NCBI GenBank assembly: GCA_023334545.1
Contig: JAADVB010000053.1
Span: 1 to 64,000, forward strand
DNA from: Salisapilia sapeloensis CBS 127946
Lineage: Eukaryota > Protista > Oomycota
DNA: 64,000 nucleotides
Direction: 5' to 3'
The notes under the pieces: model-generated
Database searches by the model: none
What the model was told of the DNA's origin: nothing
Seen by the model: the letters and a program-made list of their open reading frames with translations, nothing else
Translations under genes and position numbers: made by a program
In this document: positions 55,516 through 64,000 of the stretch, piece after piece
How the letters are laid out: each line of letters opens with the position of its first letter
Position numbering within the stretch: the stretch's first letter is position 1

Positions 55516-57132
55516 ATGGTGCAAGTGAAGATTAAATGGGGCAAGCAGACGTTCGACATGGACGTCGATAAGTCCCAACCGGTGGATCAGCTCAAGGCAC
55601 AGATCTTTGCTCTCACGTCCGTACCGGTGGAACGACAGAAACTCATGTCCAAAGCTTGGAAAGGCATGCTCAAGGACGACACGGATCTCAATTCGCTCGA
55701 CAAACTCGTCGACGGCGCGAATGTCATGCTTATGGGATCTGCCGATACGGTCAGCAAGCCACAGGAGCCGACTGTTTTCATTGAAGACATGGCGTCCAAG
55801 GACATCGCGGCATCCGGCGTCGTCTACCCGGCAGGACTGGCCAACCTTGGCAACACGTGTTACATGAACGCTACGCTGCAATGTCTGCGTAAAGTCACCG
55901 AGTTCCGGGACTCGCTTAAAGAGTATAACGGAGGAGCATCGGGAGACATGGCCAGTAGCTTCACCACGACGCTACGAGACCTCTACGCGCAGCTCGAATC
56001 CAGCGTCGATGGCGTCACGCCTGCTCTTTTCGTCACTGTACGTCCTCAGCTACTCTTGCTCGTTGGTATACGTCTTACCATGCTTTTATAATCTTACTAG
56101 GTGCTACGTCGAGCGTACCCTCAATTCGCACAGCAGTCTCCTCGCGGAGGTTTCATGCAGCAAGATAGTGAAGAGTTCTTGTCGACCTTGTTGTCTACGC
56201 TGCAACGTACGCTGACCAAGCCAGTGGATTTCTCATCTATCGAGCCAGCGAACAACATGATTGACGCTCTCTTTGGTCTCGAGATGAATGAAAAGTATCT
56301 TTGATAACAAGTAGAGAAGAGGAATGGGATCTCATGTCTGTACTAGGTTGACGTGTGCCGAGACAGATGCCGAGCCAGCAATTGAACGCAAAGAACGAGC
56401 GTTGAAGCTTGTGTGCAATATCACGATGCAGACGAATCACTTGTCGGAAGGCATTAAGGTCGGTTTAGAAGGCACGATGGAGAAGAATTCGGAGGTGCTC
56501 GGTCGAGACGCGACGTGGAAGACGACGCAGCGGATAAGCCGTCTACCAAAGTACTTGTGCGTCCAGTTCATGCGCTTTTACTGGAAGCCGACGCCGGATA
56601 GTCGTGACCATGCAGGTGTCAAGTGCAAGATGCTGCGTCCCATCGCCTTCCCACAGGTGCTTGATGTCTACGACTTCTGCTCGGACGAGTTGCAGAAGAC
56701 ACTCAAGGTGTCTCGTGATAAACACGCAGATGAGATCATGAACGAGTTCAAGGAAGACGAGAACATGGAGAAGGAAGAGAAGGAGGACAAGGACCCAGAG
56801 CTCGAAGCTGCCAAGGCGCTGTCGATGGGCGTCACGTCCCCTGGCATTGGTCTCCCGAACGACTTCCAGGGCAACTACGAGCTGTACGCAATTCTGACGC
56901 ACAAGGGTCGGTCGGCTGACAGTGGCCACTACATGGCGTGGGTGCGTCAGGAAGGAGGTACATCATGCATAGCTTTTACGAATATAGGAGGAAGCTAATG
57001 ATACAACTAGATGACTGGTTCTGCTACGACGATGACGACGTGTCGCCGTGCAAGACGGAGGACATTCAAAAACTCAAGGGCGGAGGAGACTGGCACATGG
57101 CCTACCTAGCCTTCTACCGGGCCAAGAATTAA
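55516..57132 (+). CDS. USP14: Proteasome-associated deubiquitinase USP14/UBP6
   Basis: N-terminal UBL (VKIKWGKQ..VPVERQKLM), Cys box GLANLGNTCYMNATLQCL, MQQDSEEF, and His box HKGRSADSGHYMAWV. Confidence 0.95.
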
Positions 57133-57252
57133 GCGAATACAACGATACACTTGGTTTCCAAAGCCCGATTTGTACATGCACTTTGTCATTCTATGGCGAT
57201 GTGAAAACCTTGGAGCTCTCTACCTGCCATACGTCCTACAAAAAGAAAAAAA

Positions 57253-58723
57253 TCACATCTCAAAGCCCTTGGACGTGACACCCGTCGACGACGTCTCGTC
57301 CACGTCCTTTGGCTGGATGTCGCTCTTGACCGACTCGGCACTGTCTTCTTCAATCTCTTCCGTTGCCTTCGTAAGGTCAGAAAGTTTCGGGGAGAATGGA
57401 GGAGAAGAGGAGAAGGAAGCGTCTGTCGGAGATGGAGGAGGCGTCTGCGTCATGCCTTCGCCATCCTCCGTCGGACTCGCTGGTGCGGGAGAGTTGAGCA
57501 TGTCACTCGTGCTGCCGCTCGTGGGCGACAAGTGGACTGAGTTGCCCTCTGCAAAAGGAGACTTTTGTGCCGTGTCCGTTGCAAACCAGATACGCAGCGT
57601 CTCCTCCCTCTTCTTGGCACTCGTCGCTCGTTCATTCTCCGCTTCCTATCGTTATCATGTTACTTCTATCCTGTGAACTAGGTAGGAAAGAGAGAGGCTT
57701 ACGGGACGGAACCACTCCATGTTGACGGTAATGTCTTGGCGGTCGGCTAGAACTGGCGTCAGGAGACTCGTTAGTGTGGCACGTGACTCGGGGTCGAGTC
57801 TCGGGATCTCGATCCCTCGAACAGAGAACTCGCTTACAGGGTGCTTGAGCACTACTTTGCAAATCCATTTCGCCTATAGGTAAGAGGATGAGTATCACGA
57901 AGCTAGTGGGAAGAGGAGAGAGCGTACGAGGAAATTAAACTTGTCGATCTGACCGCGACAGACTTGAGTCATGAGTGTCGTGAAGACTTCGTCTGGCACC
58001 TTGTTACGGCAGGCTTTCATGACTGTCCGGACGGCATAGTCTTCACGCAAGGCACGAACGACTTGGCTGTCTTCAAAGCCGTGGACGCCACTCGAGTAGC
58101 AGGATCCGCACAAGTGGAAGTTTTCGCATCGAGAGCAAGAGTACATGTCTCCAACAATCGGATCCATGCCACATCCGTCGCAGAAGGAGTCGTCATTGAC
58201 TTTGGAAGACGATGGTTTGAGTTGCGCCACCTAGAGATGCTTTTAGCTACGTCGCTTACGAGTGTGTAAAGGGTCTTTCAATGTACCTTGGAGCCGAGGT
58301 AGCGTCCGGCGGAGGCCATGGGATTGGAACGCGGCTTCTCCGGCTCTTCGTTCGAAGGGGAGTCGGTCATGGAGCCCGTCATGGACGACCGACTGTCCTT
58401 ATCCATGGACAGTGGTTCCGACATGAGCCTAGAGCATATCGTTATAACTCATTCTTTCTTACTACTCAATGCATGAATCAAACATACCAGCACTTGCGTC
58501 CGTCTTTATGAATGCGTCGTTCGCCATGGATGACGCGAGTACCGCTTCCGGAAAAGACGGCGGGTCGTGGTCCAAAGAAGAGATGGATGTCGTCGTCTTT
58601 GACTTCCTCCCCGAGTTTCTGGTTCAAGCTACTCGTGCTAGCGATAGAGGGCCGTTTCTCCTCGACATCATCATCGACGCTCTGTCTACTGAGCATACTC
58701 GCAAAGGAGATCCGTGAAGCCAT
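57253..58723 (-). CDS. ZZ-type zinc-finger protein with Ser/Pro-rich termini
   Basis: CDGCGMDPIVGDMYSCSRCENFHLCGSCY..H. Upstream exons from ATG 58723 splice in frame. Confidence 0.75.
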
Positions 58724-58889
58724 CTTCCTCTCTCCTGTCCAAATGTATTGTATGGTGCGACAAGCCTATTCGCCGACTGCACTTGACTTTTGTATTCAAC
58801 AGCTGCATCTCGACCATTCTACTGTCTATTTCCAGCATGGCGGTAGTGACGTGTAGGCGAAAACAATACAAAGTAGGTGGTAATGGCTT

Positions 58890-60431
58890 CTATTCAATGT
58901 GTTGCGGGTACTTTTTCAAGTAGAGTGGTAGGGCGAACGTCAGGACGAGTGTTCCAATTTCGAGGCAGTTGACCGTGTCCCAGCTGTGCAAGGAGGATAG
59001 TGGTGTCTGAAGCAAGCTGACGAGACCTGCGACAGCGAACGTGATGCCCGAGAGGACGCCAAAGTTCCGGAATCCAAAGATTTCACCGAGTAGCGAGAAT
59101 AACAAGGAGAAGAGGATCGTACGGAATAGTGTGTACACGATGAACGCAGCGACGAGTACCGCTGGAGACTGGAAACAGCTGAACAAGACGGCAAACGTGA
59201 CGGCAGTGAGGGAAGACAGTGCTGTTACAGTCGGGTACCCGCAGACTTCCAATAGATATCCGACCAACGGAATGAAGACGGCACTTCCTGGTAGGATGAT
59301 CGCGAGGTCAGATAGTAGCTTGTCCACACTCGCAGCTTCCAAGCCTTTGGCACGTAGCTGTGGTGTTAAGCTACCTAGAAAGAAATTGCACCACAAAGCT
59401 CCGATGGCAAAGTATGCGGTTAATAGCAAGTACGGTATCGACGTGACTTGTGTCTTGAACGAACGACGCTTTAGAGACCGCTTCCTGCCACCTAGTAAAC
59501 GCTGACTGCTCTTGTCCCATAGGTGCTTGTCTAATTCAGGCGTGGAAATATCAAACGGATAGTCGTCTTCATGGAAGCTTGATGGTAATCGGACTCTCGA
59601 CAGTGGCTCGCGACTGGACGGAGGCGCTTCCGGATCCGGGTATGGCGCATCTGGATCGAGGACAAGGCAGCCGACGAGTATGACACCGAGGAAGGCAGCG
59701 TAGGTACTGAAGATAGACGACCTGGATACGTTCAAGTCGTCGTATGCGTACTGGAAGATCGTGAAGATGAAGAAACTGAACTGTAATGCACCGACGATGA
59801 GGACTGTAACGAGAGCACGTGCTTCTGGGAAAAGGTTTGCAACATGGATGTTCGTCAGTTGCACGCCGGGACCGGAGAATCCGATGAGTCCCATGCCCCA
59901 CACAAGCCCATCTTCCACTTGGAGTGTGCTGGATCTATTGTAGAGTTAGGAATCGTTGCTCTATCATACGTACAAATCTATATACGTACTTGCTGTCAGC
60001 TGTACCCACGAGTATTGTTCCAATGATTAAGAGAACGAGTGATATCGCCTTAGTGACTCGAGGTCCGAATCTACATGGCGTCATGCGTTAGTACGACGAT
60101 CATACTTGGTCGATTATGTCTACGGACGCACCTGTCGAAAGCTAGACCAAGCCCGAGGTTGGACGTAAGACTCGCCGTGACTCCAATCGTGTAGGCATAC
60201 TGCAAGTGTTTCGTTTGGGCTTCACAAACGTCTACTTCCGGCGGACAAACGTCACGGTAAAGTCCTTCAGTTTCTAGCACGGGCAGGATGGATGTCCTGT
60301 ATGTGCGTCAGATCCCATTTGCATGCATGCATTTATAAGTAGTACCATCCAAATATGATGCCAGCACCAATGCAACATTGGAAAATAGCAAAGCCTGCTT
60401 CGAAATAGCGATGCATGCCTAGCTCGCCCAT
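58890..60431 (-). CDS. MFS transporter, SLC43 (LAT3/LAT4/Fmp42-like) family
   Basis: GAGIIFGW..LETEGLYRDVC..CEAQ..LGLAFDR, GFSGPGVQLTNIHVANLFP, FRNFGVLSG. About 12 TM segments. Confidence 0.8.
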
Positions 60432-60503
60432 CTGAATTCTGCTGACTCGTTATCTTGCGGATGTAGCCATTTAAATCTCCAAACGTCGCAGATACGAGTT
60501 CGG

Positions 60504-62643
60504 ATGTCGAGTGCACTCGATAAGCTACAGGAACGCCAGGCGCAAAAGCTTTTGGAAAAGCTACAGAGAGATGTGTATGCACACATGCGTCTGAACGATG
60601 AGGATGAAATGGTCGAGATGGAACGCCGGCGAGAAACGAGTCGACGTGAGCGACGAGTCGAACGCTTCTTGCAACCGGCTGCCCGTGAAAAGACTTGGCA
60701 TGAATGCCCAGTGCCTTTACATGAAGTACGAATCAAGGCATTTTCATGAGTAGATGTAGTGTGTGGTTGTCTTAAAAGTGAGTAGGAACGGCAGATTCGT
60801 GGAATGCCCAAGTCGAGAGATTATTGGGCGACCATAGACATCTCGGCCTGGTCAAAGGTCCAGCTCGATGCTGCCTGCACGCTGCTCGATCTACCGACAA
60901 TCGGCAAGAAAGAAGATTTGCTATCTAGCATACAAGCGTGGATTAATGCTCCCTCCACTTTTGCTCATCAGCAAGAGCGAGAGCGTGTCGAGCAAGAAGA
61001 GGAGAAGCTTAAGTTCCGTGCGTACCTTTTTCATGACATGACCATCACAAATTCCTCACGAATAGATGCTAGTATGCAACAGAGTTTTTGCATGCGGCCG
61101 AAATGACCATGGAGAACTTGGTCTGGGTGACCGACTCGATCGGTCGAAACCGACGGAGATTACAGATTTGAGAGGGAAAGATGTTGTTTGTGTCCAAGCG
61201 GTTCGTATTCGTCTTCTCTCATCATTGCACAATTAAACATCTAAGCTCTTTATCTACGTACAGGGGTTCGATTCGGATTACGCAATTGCCATCACGAGAG
61301 ATGGAAAGACATTTGCTTGGGGTGGAGATGGAAGGAAGTTGATAGAGGATGATGTCAACGAATTCTCAACATCCAACCAACGTCCATCCGTAGTTCAGTC
61401 TTCATCTTATCTACGCCCACATGAAATAGCAGTAAATATCGACACGATCCACGTCTCCTGTGCAAAAGCAGGCGGACATATAGCCATGGTAAGTCGGAAA
61501 GGGGAGTGCTATACATGGGGCGTCGAAACCTACGGTGAGCTCGGCACAAGCCAGCAGCCTCTCTCCAAAGCAGTTAAGAACAAATCCACTCCTTCCTCCG
61601 TCCAACGCACAAGTATGCGTCCAGCGTGTGTCTCTGCGTTAAGGAACGTCAGGCTTACGCAGACAAGCGTCGGTAGCTGTCACACAGCAGCAATCACACG
61701 AGATGGCGCGTTGTACATGTGGGGCGCATGTTGGAGTGGGCAATTGGGTGTCGGTCTATCGAAGCGACCAGGCATTGCGCAATCTCGTCTCCAGCGCTGC
61801 TTTCCATCGCCAACACTGGTGGAAAACTTGCGTGGTATGCAAGTAACCCGTGTCTCGTGTGGTGCTTTACACACAGCAGCAATCACATCCGACGGTCGGT
61901 TGTATACCTTTGGATGTGGAGATGGTGGACGGCTTGGACTCGGGAGTAACGACGACGCTTTATTGCCTGAACTAGTGACACATTTAAACGATTGCTTTGT
62001 TGAGGACGTTAGTTGTGGTAATTGGCACTCTTTATGCATTGCTCGACCTCGATCAGAGATTACAGAGAGCTCTCGATCTGGACATGTCTACTCCTTTGGC
62101 ACATGTTCCCATGGGCAGGTACATTAGGACGCTACAAAGGACAAGTCTATTCATCTAATTGGTCTTGTATGCATGCTATTAGCTCGGTCTTGGAAAAGAG
62201 ACAAAGGCTCTACTCCCTAGTACGTTCCTTAGTTACTTTATCTACCTTCTTGTATATCGAGTAACCATGGGATATGACTAGCGAGGCTACCATCACTAGA
62301 TCTACGCCGCATCCGCTGTAGCTATGTGTCCGTATCTTCTTTCCATAGTGCTGCCGTCACATCCAACGGTCATCTCTTGACTTGGGGACAGAATGCTTCT
62401 GGATGTCTAGGCAGACTCTCCAGTGGCGACGCATTCGAGCCGGACTTTGTTCCTCGATCAAGTTACCACAGCTACGGCATCCGTGCTGTAGTGTCTGTAT
62501 CAACTGGTAGTCAATTCACGCTTTTTCTAACGAAGAGCGAAGCGTCTGATCAATCCAAGCACCAGTTGGATGATCAAGACGCTTTCAATGACATTGATAC
62601 AGCGTCGAAGGATATGAATTGGTTGCAAAAGAGGTCAATTTAA
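60504..62643 (+). CDS. SAP-domain plus RCC1-repeat protein
   Basis: WSKVQLDAACTLLDLPTIGKKEDLLSSI is SAP-like. RCC1 repeats include SVGSCHTAAITRDGALYMWG, SCGALHTAAITSDGRLYTFGCGDGGRLGLG and WGQNASGCLG. Confidence 0.8.
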
Positions 62644-62721
62644 GATTTAAAAATGAGCGTGTCCACATTGGTGGTTGTCTACGTTCGTTGAGGCTGTCGG
62701 CAGAGTATCCAGTCAACGGAG

Positions 62722-63697
<976 letters not shown>

Positions 63698-63857
63698 GTT
63701 TGAGAAGTACCCGAATGGAGAAGGTCGAGATGGATACTTGGGTTAAGTCGAAGTGGGTTTTAAAATCCATTTCTTTATATTGACCAATCAACTGTCTAGA
63801 TAGGACTTTACACCAATGAAGAGACACCGGAATGACAACAAAGCACCGACGTGAATT

Positions 63858-64000
63858 ATGCAGAGCTCTTCCTCGTCTTCAGCGGCGTACTCGACGACTG
63901 TCGAGACATGGCAGCCTTCGAGTGCTGATGAGAGACAATACTATGACCAGCTCTTTCAAATGGCTGATGAAATGCACCAGAATGCTGTCGGTGGACGCGC
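63858..64000 (+). CDS. EH-domain (Eps15-like) protein, 5' end only; runs off the window
   Basis: MQSS..WQPSSADERQYYDQLFQMADEMHQNAVGGRA matches the start of an EH domain. Confidence 0.7.
   Translation, partial: MQSSSSSSAAYSTTVETWQPSSADERQYYDQLFQMADEMHQNAVGGR

Overview
Eukaryotic, gene-dense 64 kb window from a stramenopile, most likely an oomycete. Support: Inr/FPR-type core promoters, a SAR-specific Rab1A paralogue, and oomycete-style domain fusions. I can support about 35 protein-coding genes. Most are split by short (about 45-110 nt) GT-AG introns, mostly ending in TAG. Orientation largely alternates and spacers are often only 26-160 bp. I saw no rRNA, tRNA, CRISPR array or transposase. 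Exon boundaries were reconstructed by eye, so some starts are provisional, and family assignments come from remembered motifs, not database searches. Main leads: (1) an intact but apparently catalytically dead paralogue of the mRNA capping enzyme, with both active sites substituted and the OB domain deleted; (2) a roughly 170-nt pre-miRNA-like foldback plus a perfect 27-bp palindrome in the spacer upstream of an AAAP/SLC38 amino-acid transporter; (3) a RUN-RhoGAP-ELMO-TLDc scaffold with degenerate GAP motifs; (4) a pseudo-SDR-FYVE-ARM-BTB fusion; (5) a lipoyl-domain-only mitochondrial protein; (6) a tandem 2-Cys/1-Cys PrxQ; (7) a candidate Gon7 whose start codon lies 26 bp from that of a longin-like gene.
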